Assembly: GCA_030704615.1 (NCBI GenBank)
Contig: CM060734.1
Location: 16,740,001 to 16,804,000 of the forward strand
DNA length: 64,000 nt
Reading direction: 5' to 3'
DNA from: Takakia lepidozioides
Taxonomy: Eukaryota > Plantae > Bryophyta
The notes beneath the pieces are model-generated. The model had not been told where the DNA came from. It made no database searches and saw only the letters and a program-made list of their open reading frames with translations. Position numbers and translations under genes: made by a program. This document shows positions 19,131 through 31,700 of this stretch, one piece after another (within the stretch, counting starts at the first letter, position 1; each line of letters opens with the position of its first letter).

Positions 19131-21399
19131 GGAACCAACAGTTAGAGTGGTTGTAAACTGTGATCAGGTGGCTAAGGGGCAAGGAAACTTGCGCCTTCTT
19201 TGGGAGTTCACGTGCTAGTGCGCACCTGGCGCGTGCGCGTACTATAACTGCGCTATCGAGGGGGTTGCCTTGTAGTGCGGGCTCACGCGGAAGCTACGTG
19301 CTTCCGTTCATGTACTATAATCGTGTAGCCTCGGGACGAAGTTGTAGTGCGGCTTCGGCGTGTTCCCGTACCTCAGGCCAGCATTCCAAGGCGGACCCAA
19401 TTATAGTGATTGGGGCGCACGGTTGGTTCAAGGTTATCTTCCTAGTCAAAAAGGGTTCAAGGTGAACCTTTACTCAAGGTGATGCCAAAAAAAATGACAT
19501 CACAAGTGGTCGCAAGCAAATGTTGTTGCAAATAGGCGATTTGATCCTCGGGGAGGATCGTTCCTTGGCCTTGAAGTGGGCCAAGAAGAGTGCATTGGGA
19601 GGAGCTTGAGAGGCTCCACCCTTGGCCGGGACTTGGAGGAAGTCGACCGAACTAGCTAGTGGAGAGTAGAGTCAAGTGGGGGTTTGGTTCTTTGCCATGG
19701 GTCGCCATGGTACGGAAACAAACTCCTTGATGTGGGACGCCACAACTTGGATGTTCGTTTCTACAAAATAGACAAGTCGATGATGACATCGACTCCCTGT
19801 TGGTAGGGGTGTGTGTCACGGCCTTTGCCTTGAGGGCAGGGGGTTGGGACACGAGAGGGGCTGCCCTTGTGGTGGGGGCGGTGGCAACAATAGATGCGGG
19901 GGCTGAAGCACCCTTGAGTGCCCAAGGCACTCAAGGACGCGGAGGCGCTCAATAGGTGGAGCCCCGCACACCGGGTTGCGGTGGGGGTGGTTCCACGAGG
20001 GGTAGTGGTAGCTTAGCGGGACTTAGTGGGGGTGGCATAGGACTCACCATGGGGCGGAGACCTTTTTGTGGGAGTCGTGGGGAGTCTTGGGACTCATCAC
20101 GGTCCAATGGGGCCGTGGTGGGTGGGCCAAGACTCACCGCGACTCATCACCGGGAATCGAGGGTCTTCGTGGTGGTTCGCCATAAAAGGATGGTGTTATT
20201 TGTGGAACCCCCGCAGACAGTCACAGAAGTATATATAGGGAGTAGTAACCCCGAGAACGGTGTAAGCCCGTTGGTGTCCAAAAACTAGTGAGTAAGCGAG
20301 CGAGCCGGAAAGCGACCAAGGAGTGGGGAGCTATTCCGGACTGCCATCTACCAAAGGGAATTTCCACTAGGCCCAAATTGGTGGAGGGTTTGTTGGGGGA
20401 AGAAAGGGGGACCGTTATGTCCCGGTGAGCAGCCGAAGCTCCGAGTTGGCCCGGCGGCCAAGTTGGGAGTTAGGCGCGCGCATCAAAGCGAGTAACTATG
20501 ACTTGAAGGGGAGCTTACCGAAGTGAGGTGAGCGACACTGGAAGGACCTGAACAAAGAAGAGTTCTTTGTTGGAAATGGATTGGTAAAGCCGGGAGCCGA
20601 AGTAGACAGAGGTCTTGGAGGTCAGCTGAAGATTTGGTAGAGCAGAGGCAAAAATATCACAGACTTTCTGCAATATCAAATTGAGCTCAGATGCCTCTAT
20701 TGGTGACGGTGTGAGAGTTGGCAGGCACTATCTGAAACTGGTCAGAAAGAACCCGCGAGATTGATAGAGTTTGAATTTCCACCCCCTTTGGGAAAAACCC
20801 CAAAGAGAAAAGTTGACGAATTTGTGGGTATCTATTTGTCAATGAGCCGTCCAAGGGAAGTGTACCAGAGGGGATGCAATCTACAAGGTCAAAGGTTGGT
20901 AACATGTGCCTTATTTGTTTCCCCGAGGTGTGCTTTTCTTTTCCACACAACATCCAACACCTGCCAGGGTCTTTAGTGAACACTTGGAAGAAAAAACAGG
21001 GAGAGAGAGAGAGAGAGAAAAGAACCTGGGGGGGATTGGGTGGAGGGCTGGGCTGGCGGGCTATAAGAGGAAGGTCCTCGTTGACAAGTGGCTGACTAGC
21101 GTCCACGATGGTTGGTGGGGAAACAGGGCTGGTGTTGTTGATGAGTGGAGGGGAGATGTGCATGGTGGTGACAGCTGTTGCCAGGTGATCCTTGTCACTA
21201 CTGATGTCATCTGGTGAGGAAACCGCATTGGTCTTTGAGGAAGCCGAAGAAGCACCAGTGTTTGTAACAACCACCCTGACCCCGTTGATGTAGTCCCTGG
21301 TCCTTTGCACCTCCATCCTATGGTTTTCTTCATCTATTTCCAGATCCAGAAATACCGACAGCAATTGGAAGCCATTAACCAAGGGGTAGATGCAGACTA

Positions 21400-22708
21400 C
21401 ACTGGCTCAGTTTGGACTGCAATTTGCAGTTTTCGACTGACTGCTTGTCATATTATTCTTCACCCTATACACATAAGTATACATTCATAGCAAATGGACT
21501 TAGAATGGGTTAGCCACTTACCATATGTACATGTGGGTACAATTATTTTGGAATTTGGATGAAATCTCATGAAGCTATGGATTTTTGTAGGGAATTCCAA
21601 TGGACTGTCACAGTCCATCTAATGTCCCAAATGCCATATGAAAAACCTATTTGTGCAAAACCAATTCATATATGGACTTTACAACTAGATACACAATGTT
21701 TGAATAGACACAAATATAAATTTGTGAACAATTCCATCCATCCATCAAGACACTATGGACTTTTGTGTACCCAAAAAACCCCCAAAATGACGATTTGTCC
21801 ATAGCATTTTGAAAAACTCATATTTGGGTGGAGATCTTTGCTAAGAATATATATATATATATATTGTTATTGTCTCTAGGAGTTTTATTTTATTTTATTT
21901 TAACAGGGGGATATGCCCTGGTTAACTTTATAGAAAATATTTTGGGGGCTAGCCCTAATACATTATTTAGGATTATTTGGGGAAAAAAATTAAAACCCCT
22001 AATCGCCATAAGGCACACTCACCGTAATCAGTGGATGGAGAACTTAGCCGGAGAGCGTTTCCTTTGAGCAAAGTAGCAAGACAACTGTGGCGACCAACTG
22101 TCTAAAGCGATCGATCAGACCATTAATAGTAGAATTGGGATATAATTAGGCTAATATGATCAGGAAGTTTCCTAGGGATTAGCGACCAGCCAATCCCACC
22201 GGCTAATTATCAACAGTAGTTGAGCCTAGAAGCTGTCGCTGTGGATTTTATGTGTTTCCAGTTAACCTCCCGGTCGAATTCCGGGGAAGCTGTGGATTGT
22301 CGAGCGCCTGTTTCGCCATTGTAAGGGCGGAAGCTCCGGCCAGATGCAAGAGTCCTCCGAGGAGATGACACAGATGAGGTCGTGAAGCGCCCAGGTGTTC
22401 CTGAATGCCTCGTAGATGGCCTCCGCTCCTCTTGAATTGCAGCTTATTGTTATATGGACAAATTTCATAAACTACAAGATAATAATAAATAGCTATTATT
22501 TCTAAATAAGAAAAAATATTTATTAAAAAACAATTATAATAAAATATCTCAAATATTTGGGATGAGACCATTTATTAAATATGATTATTATACCATTGCC
22601 TATGAAGATTTTAAAAAACAATTGAACAAATATCTTTAAATAAAAATTTAATTAATTTTTTCTCATGGACTTTCAGTGGAGGGCACATCTGCCACTTTTG
22701 AGCCAGTG
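21400..22708. mobile_element. Non-autonomous TIR DNA transposon (Tc1/mariner-like ends, TA flanks)
   Basis: TA|CACTGGCTCA ... TGAGCCAGTG|TA. The perfect inverted match extends to 19 bp (21391-21409 vs 22699-22717). AT-rich interior; shares GGGAAAAA.TTAA...GCCATAAGGCAC with ~13410-13445. Confidence 0.7.
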
Positions 22709-22719
22709 TAGTCTGCACT

Positions 22720-24700
22720 TGGTTCCTTATCTGAAGTGGGTGGCTTCCCCTGGGGGCTGAGAGCCATTGATTGTAAGTCCATATTGTCCCCAGTGGTGGT
22801 GGCATATTGCATATTTCCGCTTCTTCCATTAAGGCCAGCACCTGAGTAGGTGGCCTGCAGCTTAATCCATGGTGATCTTCTAAGTAAGCCCCCCACGAAA
22901 TTCTGGTTGAAGGGGACAAGAAGTAGTGGGGCAGAAAGGCCTCAAAGATTTCTTGAATCTTGTATTTGAATAGAATTTCCGGGCTACTGTTGGGCGAGTT
23001 CGCTCTCATAAATTGTTTGACATCCGAGGTCTTGACCCAAAGATTCAACACACTCCAGATCATCGGATGTGATGAGGATTGCAGGGGGGTTGCCTTTCCT
23101 GAATATCAGCAGTGTGATACACGAAGCCTTGGGAGCTGCGATTGTCTCTAGGGTAGAGCAACCAATCAAATCCAGGTTTGGAAATGAGCATGTGTTGAGG
23201 CAGAGATTGGCGAAGGAAGAATTGCATGAGATCCCTATAGTTATCTGTGGGCCACTTTGGGGCTTGTCAGCTGTGGTGTTGTTGAATTGTTGCTCATCTT
23301 TTCTTTGCCTTTGCTGACAGTGAATTTCCTTTGCTGGTGAACTCTGACCTCATCTTGCATAGGGTCCCTGCTGATGTCCAAGTTGGAGGGTGAAGCTGTC
23401 GGGGGCTGTATTGCAGGGAGTCCAGGTGATTCGGGGGCTGAACTGTTTGACCTCCAGTTGCCTCAGCTGGATGGGGACTAATGGATTGAATCCCATGAGT
23501 GAAGGTAGGTCGAGGCTTGTGGCAACCCATGACCAGGGTTCTGCATTGTGGCGGGGGGTGCCGGGGGGGATCTCTTACGTTTTGCTGATGGATAGTCAAG
23601 CTTGATGTGGCCGAGTTGGCCGCAATTAAAGCAGGCAGCAATATAGGTAGTATCTTCGATGAGTTGAATGGTGAAGTAGTTGCCATCCTCATCTATTGGT
23701 AGTCTCACATATTGCGGCAAGGCTTCCTCATTGGGCATCATTAGCAAAAACTTAGCACAACCAGCTTCATTGAGGCGGGATGCAATAGTCACAGAGCTCC
23801 AAGATAGATCTTGTCTTAAGTTCAATGTGCACATTTGGGGATTAAACACAGCCAGGCAGCCAAGATAGGAGCCAAAGTGATTGGCTATGTTAGGTAGGTT
23901 CACTAAATACTGGTCTGGAATGTAGGGGACTGATATGATTCTCGGGCCCCATAGTTTCCCATTTCTATGGCCCATTTTAGAAGACCATGGAAAGATATTT
24001 ACGTTGAAGCCTTTGTGTGCGGGTTGAATGAGAGAGCTTGGTTGGCAGCTTCCTTTGATTCAAAGACTATAGAATAGAATCCACGGCCTTTGGTGTGACA
24101 GAATTTTGTTTCAGTTCGCCGGAGCCCCCAAGATGTCTGATAGCCCAGTCACGGACATAGGCCCTGTCGACCTTCTTCCCTGGAAAGTGAACCAAAATAC
24201 CATGCTCCTCCAAGTCGGCCACCCTCTTCTGAAGGTCTGGAACATTCAGTAGAATCAATGGATAATCTTTGTCGAGCTCTTCCTGGTGCACCCTTGTGCC
24301 ATTAGACCAATCCCCATCAGTTGGCGGAAGGTGGGTCCCTCTGGTGTGGAACTGAGTCTCGGAATTTTGAAGAATGGTTGATGGGGGGAAATGGGACTAG
24401 AAATGAATGGGGGGGGGGGGTACTCTTACTGGAGCATTAGTCGAGTACTTCCTGGAACGCGCTTGGTGAGCCCGGAAGAACCCAGTCCCAGTAGAGGGTT
24501 GGGTTCTCCTCTGATGCTGTTGTATGCCTCCGCTGGGGAATCTTGACTCCATTGACTCATTGTGCTGATATTTAAAGAATCCAGGGGCCATGACAAGAGG
24601 GAAATTTAACTGAACAGAAGGTGGACGCCCTGATCAACCCTGCGATTAGTGCTTAAACAGGAGGGGGGGATTAGGGGTAAGTGGGAGAGAAAGGCGAAAG
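22720..24700 (-). mobile_element. L1-type LINE, copy 3: ORF1 (DUF4283-like + CCHC) followed by a probable ORF2 C-terminal remnant
   Basis: LEEHGILVHFPGKKVDRAYVRDWAIRHLGGSGELKQ; IFPWSSKMGHRNG; ACFNCGQLGHIKLD. No EN or RT motifs seen. Confidence 0.75.
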
Positions 24701-25162
24701 AGGGAGCCGAGGTACTGGGAGAAGCGGGAAGCGCTGATGAGAGGCAGTCTATCAATTAGAGGCGGCTCCAATACGTCCAGCTGGGGGTGCTGAATGATTA
24801 GAAGAGATGAAAGAGGGAGAAAGCCTTGGGGATGAACTATGGTGAACGTACATAGAATTGGATCTTAGATTTACCCCTCCGCTGATGAGCATATCAAAGT
24901 GTAGGTTGTTTGACGGAGGAACAAGATGAAGGGTAATGGGGGTTGCAAATGCATGAGCGGTGAGCGGTGAGCGCATGAGCATTCATAGCGGAGTTTTCCG
25001 AACCTCGCCCAAACCTACACCAAACCACAATGAAAACCCAAAACGGAGCTCCCCAAAGTTCCCGCGTGTGGAGGTCGGTATACATAAACGTGATAATTTG
25101 AAGCTTGGTAAGAGGAAACGGAAATAGGGGGTATTTCGCCTATAACCGTGCCCGAATTTTGG

Positions 25163-25387
25163 GTGTTATAGTCGCCACAGACTATAACACGGTATGCGGA
25201 ATTGGGGTGAAGAACGTCTTCGAATTGGTTCCAATATTACAATGTGGCGAAAGCAAGTTGGTTAATATTATAGTCGGCACCGACTATGTGATCCCATTTG
25301 GGAGAACAACATTTACAAGATTGCGAACTACGTAGATGAGCGAAGGTTCTGTGTAGTCAGCACAGACTATAGTCGGCACCGACTTCA
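25163..25387. repeat. Four copies of the palindrome TATAGTC-N6-GACTATA (3' subterminal region of Mutator-like copy 1)
   Basis: Copies start at 25167, 25269, 25352 and 25368. Confidence 0.9.
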
Positions 25388-27042
25388 TGCAGGCAAGATA
25401 AATGTGGCAAGTGAGTAGGCTCTGTGTTTGAAACTCCATCGAGCACGTTATTTGCCATGGCTGCAGCTTTTGAACTCATAAAGCATGCAAACGAGGTGTG
25501 TGGGTTGCCCTGATTACTACATGAGACGATCGCACTTCGAAAAGGAAGAGATGTGCATGAGGAGGGTACGATGCCACTCATTACCATTGCAGATTCCAGC
25601 ACGATATTCGATGCGTCGACTCAGTTTGACGAGAGTACGTTGGCTTCTAAGAGGAGGACGTAAATGAGGAAAAGTCCCAGGATGCAGAGGACGAGAAGAC
25701 CATTGAAGTAGTCAAAGTAGCATATAAGAGAAAAGTAATCCACAATATTCAAATCCACGCATATCAGTGGACAATATGAGAAAGTTAAAGATGGCACTGA
25801 AAAGCCAAGTGTTTACTCACTGAGAAATTGGGCGTCATAAAGTAGTGCATCTGATGAGACCATAGTTGGCCATGATACCTAGGGGCACAGTATGGGAACC
25901 AAGGACAAGGATCCCAAACTAACATTGCCTTCACCTCATTTATGGTGAGCGGCGCAACATAATATAGTATATATGCTTGCAATGGGTATAGGTCAGGGCA
26001 GGTGCACTCCGGACTTCTGGAGATGCAGACATTGTACACCTCCCCCGCTTTGGCCGATCCCGGTGTGCAGAATGTGTACACACGACCAATTCCAGGGCGG
26101 GGAACATCTTTGAATGATTGCACAATTGCCTTCAAAGATTGTCCTAGCTCGATCTTCTTGCGGGCTTGTGCACTCAATGGTTTTTGCCGATATATTTTTC
26201 CCCATCTCTTGGTGGCATATGTGTCCGGATCCAGGTGATTGCTATCATCCGCAACACTGTCCCACTCACCCTTGACAGTGCTCTTGTCGTCAGTAGGAAC
26301 AAGTCAAAATCCAGCTTGGGTCAAGGCGTCAACCTCCTCCTGATTTAAATTTGTCCCAACCATCACAGGCCACACGTCGGGAACATCAGGTGTGTCGAGC
26401 ACATATCGCCCTGCTTCACCACCGACGCAATACACGATATCTGTTGGACAGTGCCACATTTCCATCATCTTTGGTTTTGCCAAAGCCGGAGGATGGTGGC
26501 GACCAACATATTTTGGAGCAGGAACACCCAAACTGTGGAGTGGCCGGATTTCTTCTTTGCATGGCTGTTCACTGCCAGACCGTACTGCCCAACACTTTAA
26601 TCGTGAAGTGTCGGAGGTCTGAGCGATGTGCCAGCATGTTGTGGACACGGCGGTCTCCAAAACCGGCTTTTTTTGTTAGTGGAAGGTCATCCTCCAAGGT
26701 GTCTACAGACATGTCTACAATAGTTGTGCGCACTATTTGTCCACCGACACCTTGAGGGCGCTTGGGTGTGGTGCGGAGGTTCATGTCAGACCTCCATGAA
26801 TGAAGGTCTTTAAAGTTGCCGAGAACAATCTTCCGCTTCGTTGTCCGAGTGAGAAGGTCACCCTCGAGCCCTGGATTTCTACCATGGGGAGGAGTGCCCT
26901 CCACAAAACTTCTTACCGCCTCAGCCATCTTAAGAGGATCTGAAGCCCGCGCTGCCGCCCGTGTTGGTAATCGTTCGCGGTCGGGACTGGAACCTTTTGC
27001 AATTGTTGTAGGACGATGATTGCATAATGCCATCTGCTACGC

Positions 27043-27636
27043 TATAGTCGGTGCAGACTACACAATGAATGTTCTGCTCAAGTCAGCTGAACTTCATGTG
27101 AGCGGAGCCAATATCAAAGCAACACATTTAGGAGTACTTTGGAGACCTTATCTTATAGTCGGTGCAGACTATAAGCCACAATATTGCCGTTCCAACCGAT
27201 TTGGGCATTTGTAGGAGTAATTTGGATACCTAATCTTATAGTCGGTGCAGACTATAAGCAGTCGACAATAGTGCCATCTGCTACGCTATAGTCGGTGCAT
27301 ACTACACAATGAATGTTTTGCTCATGTCAGCTGAACTTCATGTGAGCGGAGCCAATATCAACACATTTACGAGTACTGTGGAAACCTTATCTTATAGTCG
27401 GTGTAGACTATAAGATAAAATATTGCCATTCCAACCGATTCTGGCATCTACAATGCTATAGTCCGTACAGACTACACAAACAATGTTCTGCTCATGTGTG
27501 CTGAGCTTCATGTGAGCGGAGCCACTATGAAAGCAATGTTGTGCTCATGTGGGCGGATATATATCAGCTCATCGAAAGATTTACAAACAAAACACAAAAT
27601 GTTCCCGATGGAATGTAATAGTCGGTGCAGACTATA
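27043..27636. repeat. Seven copies of the palindrome TATAGTCGGTGCAGACTATA within degenerate tandem duplications in the transposase intron
   Basis: Copies start at 27043, 27154, 27237, 27287, 27393, 27457 and 27617. Confidence 0.92.
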
Positions 27637-28222
27637 AAATCCGACCTTTGCTCATGTGAGCTCACTGAAATAAGTAGGCATAAAAGACATTGCATGCAAA
27701 AACCGAAATCTTACATTGCGAACATAGCCTCCAAGTTGAAAGTAGCGGTATATCCACCATGACAGCCAGCTCTCCAGCGCGGGAACATCTTCATCTCAAG
27801 CGGCTCCCGAAGACGACCACCATGCTCGGATGGCCAGAAATGAGACCTCTGCTTCCGCCTCAGTATTTGCTGCTCTCCACTTCGTACAAAGCTGAACATG
27901 TGCATGTTGCAAGTTTTGGAAATGTACTTTTTGGTCCACTTGTCGAGACTCTGACCCCAATGGAATCCACATGTTCTCTCACGATTGGGAATCGGTTCCC
28001 CGCCTCCAAACACTTGACGAACGGCAGCCCAGTTGGCATTTGCATTGTCAGTCATGAATCCCCGAAATTGTGCTCGCCCCTTCCCTACTCGCAGCATCTG
28101 ATCATTGATGCATTCCCACATGATCTTCTGCGATTCTGTATCCTCACATTTCATTTCGCAAATTGCGATCGTCATGAGCTTGTGAAAATTTGGATGATAC
28201 ACGTGACAAGCCATTGTACTCC

Positions 28223-28686
28223 CACCACAGGAAACGGGGGGGTTAGCGTGACGTCGCTAAATTGCCATTTTGGGGCAGGGTGAAATCCCCATTTTGCGAC
28301 GCCCAGGCGTCGCAACACCGTCGCAGGGGCGTGGCAAGAATAGCGTCGCTATTATCCGACGGATGGGGGTCGCTAAGCACCGCCATCCCCCCGCGACGCC
28401 CCGACGTCACTTTTAGGCGATCCACAGCGCTGGCAGGGCCTCCTGCTAGCAACACCCGGCCGTCGCTCCCTTCCAGCCGGTGGCATTGTGTGGGACGACG
28501 GCGCGGCGTTGCTGATTGTTTTTCTCTTGGAAGTGCCCGGAGGTGCTTCAAAAAATTGAGACACGTGGCGCCATGGGGCGTTGCCAGCCGGCTGCGTGGG
28601 GCCCATCTTGCGATGCCTGGGCATGGCAACAGTCAGGCAAACGTTCCAGAGGGGTTGGTTCTAGCGACCCCCATAAGTCGCAAACG

Positions 28687-28718
<32 letters not shown>

Positions 28719-31700
28719 ATCGCAAGCAGCGACCCCCGGCCAAAAAAACCCGTCGCAGTGGGCCACACCCCGTCGTCGGCTCTGGCAACCCCGCCCACAC
28801 AAACCCCAATAGGGGGCCACGCCATGCCGTCGGTGCTAGCGACCCCCCACAACAAAACCCGTCGCATGGGAGTCAGGGTTGGCGACGGCGGGGGTTGTTG
28901 CATGCGACGCCCAGGGGTGGCAACATGCGACGCCCTGGGGTTGTTTCATGCGACCTCCAGGGGTGGCCTACTATTTTGCATTGAATTGGGGGTGGATTTT
29001 TGTTTTTTCCCTGGCTTTTTTTGGGGGTGTTGGGGGACGTCACCATAGGCTATTTCTCTTGCAGGTGCACAAGTATGGTTTAGTGCATGATCAGTATGAG
29101 CAAGCATGAATTGACGCCCGAGGGTGAGCTCGGTGCGGCACAAAATGAATACAAGGTGAAAGATGGAAATTTACAAGCAATAAGTGTACATGTTTTGCCC
29201 ACAAGGGTTCAGACGTAGGCTGATTCCGTGATCTACACTTTGACTACGACTACTCGGAGTCATCGGAGTCATGGCTATCCGATGAGCCTGATGATGACTC
29301 CGTGGAGGATACTCTATCGCTAGCACCCGGCCGGCCCTGTGCCGGAGCAACTGAAAGGGGTCCCCACAGAGCTCTCATCCACTCCTGGCCTGCATGATCC
29401 CCCCCCCTCATCCCATACTAGTGCCATGTAATTATGCACTAACCCCCTCCGAGTGTGCCATGTTAGTCATGAGGGATTTCCAACCATGTTCCTTGCAATA
29501 GTTGTACTCTATCCGGGAGGGCGTCCACTTAAACACGCGTTGCTACACATGCCGAGCGAGGGGAGGGAGGAAGAGTAAGAGGAAGGGAGTGAGGGAGAGA
29601 GAGATTTGGATTGAGAGATGGAGAGGTGGAGTAAGAGGCGGGCGGTGCAGCCACGGCGCGCCAGTAAGGCGACCCCACCGGAAAACCTCGGCGCCGATCA
29701 GGTGCCTTCGCGAAGGGGAGAGAGAAGGGCGGGCACCTTGGCAGGAGGAGGAGAAGCCGCGGCGTCTTCGGCGTCGCTACCCTCTGAGGACGTCGCAGAG
29801 CAGTCGCAGCTGTGTCACAGCCGTGGCACAGAGGTGAGTTCAAGCTGCCCCTCATTTTTTTTTCTTTTGTTTTGGGTTTTTGGTTTATGGGGTTTTGCAG
29901 GGATCATTTGGGTTTTTGGCTTTTTGGCTTTTGGGGTTTTAAGGGTTACATAGTTTAGTTTAGGATTTAGTTTCATAGGTCAGTTTAGGGTTAGTTATAA
30001 TATAGTTTGGTTTTTAGGGCTTCAATTTTGCGGGGTGGGGACATATGGCTGTACGTTTGTAGGGTTTGTTTTTTCAAGGTTTTACTAGGGTTGGGAGTAG
30101 TGCAACTCCACTGGAGGTTACAGTGGGTCATAGTGCGGTTGGGAGTAACGTAACTCCACTGGAGGGGGGGATACAGTTAATTAGGTTTTTAGAGTCAAGA
30201 TGCAATAATTCCTCTACCTCTCTCTTGTGCTAGATCATGCCACGTGTTTATCGACGTGTCGCGCTTGAGGATTCGCTGCTGGACGTACCGGTTGTGCCAC
30301 AGCCACCTGCTGAGGGCGAGACAACACCTTCACCTCATCCGCGAGTTAGGTGGCATCGCCATGTCCACCCTTTGCCCCCACGGCCCACACCCCGAGGTCG
30401 TAGGCCGCCGAGTCCAGAGGCACGAGCCCCGGGGAGACCCCGCCTGGACCGCCTCCCCAAGATTGAGTGTTGGTGCAGTTGGTGTTGGGCACGACTACCG
30501 ATTGGGAGCAGCAGACCGATGATGCGGCGACCCCATGTTGTGCAAAAATATTATTACTGCTTGTACGAGATTGCTGATGCAGCAAAGGTAAGTCATCCTC
30601 ATACCTTTTGATGTACTCCTCAATTAAAAGTACTATATCTAATGAAATCTCGCATTTGTGAATTGAGTATTGATGCATTTCATATCATGCATCCTGCAGC
30701 CCCGTCTTGATGTCCAAGCTCACAATTTATTTGCTCAAGAGGCATACCGATGCGGGTTTCTTCCTTCTTACGAGGCCCACCCTGTTCCAGATGTGAATTT
30801 TTTTTTCTCGCAACATGTCATAGATGCAATTTGTGAGGTAGCGGGGTACAATGCGTGTTTTTCTATTTTTGGGCACCGAGCCAGGCGCTTGCCGCATGAG
30901 CACATACATTTGTCATCCTCGACATCGCCACCCCCATCATCACCATCATCCGCATCGTCCGTTCCTCCTGATGTACATGTTCTTTCCTCATCACCATCGC
31001 CATCCCGGCCATCTCGGCCGGTACTACCTCCACACGAGATCCCTCATACCGACCGGCTACGTGTCCCTTCCCCTCCATTGCCGAGACTACAACCGCCACC
31101 GAATCTGTATCCGGGTCCTCCGGCAGAACCCGGATGGATCCCACCTCCTTTGGGGACTGTGTATGACTGGGACCGATGGATCACTAGGTTCCCACTCCGG
31201 GAGGATGGCCCCCGAAGTGATGGACGGGCGCCGCCCCCTAGGAGAGGTGGACCGAAGTTGTTTCGCACGGTTGGTCCGCGCCTTCGCCGGCCTGATGACG
31301 GCAGCATACTGAACATGGTGGTGCTAGGGAGCTATTCACGATGGGAGTCCAACCCCATTTCTACCAATGTCTTGTGCCTTGTCCAGTTCCGATTCCCGAG
31401 GGTGAGCCATTTCTTTTTTGGGGTCGCATGGATTGCGTGATGAGCGCAACGGACCCTAGTATGGGTCGTGGACTTTTTTTTATGGAGGATGTAGTTTTGG
31501 GGAGAGGAGAGGATTCTGTGGATTTTTTCCCCTATTTTGGGCCAAAGTACACCCACCGGGAGTGGCAGTTATTGCAGACACACGGCCCAGGGTCCTTAAT
31601 CCGTCCTTACATCCTTCTTGTGAACGACAATGATGTAAAGGCGAGAAAATTGGGTCGCGATGCCCGTATTTATTGTGACCTTACCGCCGGGCCACACCGC

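Larger units (their letters stand above)
24938..28222 (-). mobile_element. Mutator-like element copy 1 (3' half of the DDE transposase plus SWIM finger), interrupted by CACTA
   Basis: STMACHVY...MTIAICEMKCED...FRGFMTDNANANW...RERTCGFHWGQSLDK (27715-28222); intron donor at 27714; RAAARASDPLKMAEAV (~26950); SWIM-type YNVCISRSPECTCPD..HCKHIYY (~25960-26040). Clearly homologous to the 61608-64000 transposase. The exon carrying the catalytic Glu appears deleted. Left end approximate. Confidence 0.85.

Noticed and set aside
19470-21382. Host gene or defined retroelement ORF (231-aa ORF at 20687-21382 and neighbours)
   Set aside because: Low-complexity and fragmented, with no diagnostic motif; probably decayed LINE-related DNA but not assignable.
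27043-27636. Second palindrome cluster as a CRISPR array
   Set aside because: The spacers are themselves duplicated, vary in length and sit in a transposase intron.
28243-29143. Cluster of overlapping ORFs up to 240 aa
   Set aside because: Products of GC-rich CACTA subterminal repeats and a poly(A) run.
29935-30090. Interstitial telomeric array
   Set aside because: Only scattered degenerate TTTAGG(G) units (also ~725-755 and ~52210-52235), typical of telobox-like transposon leaders.
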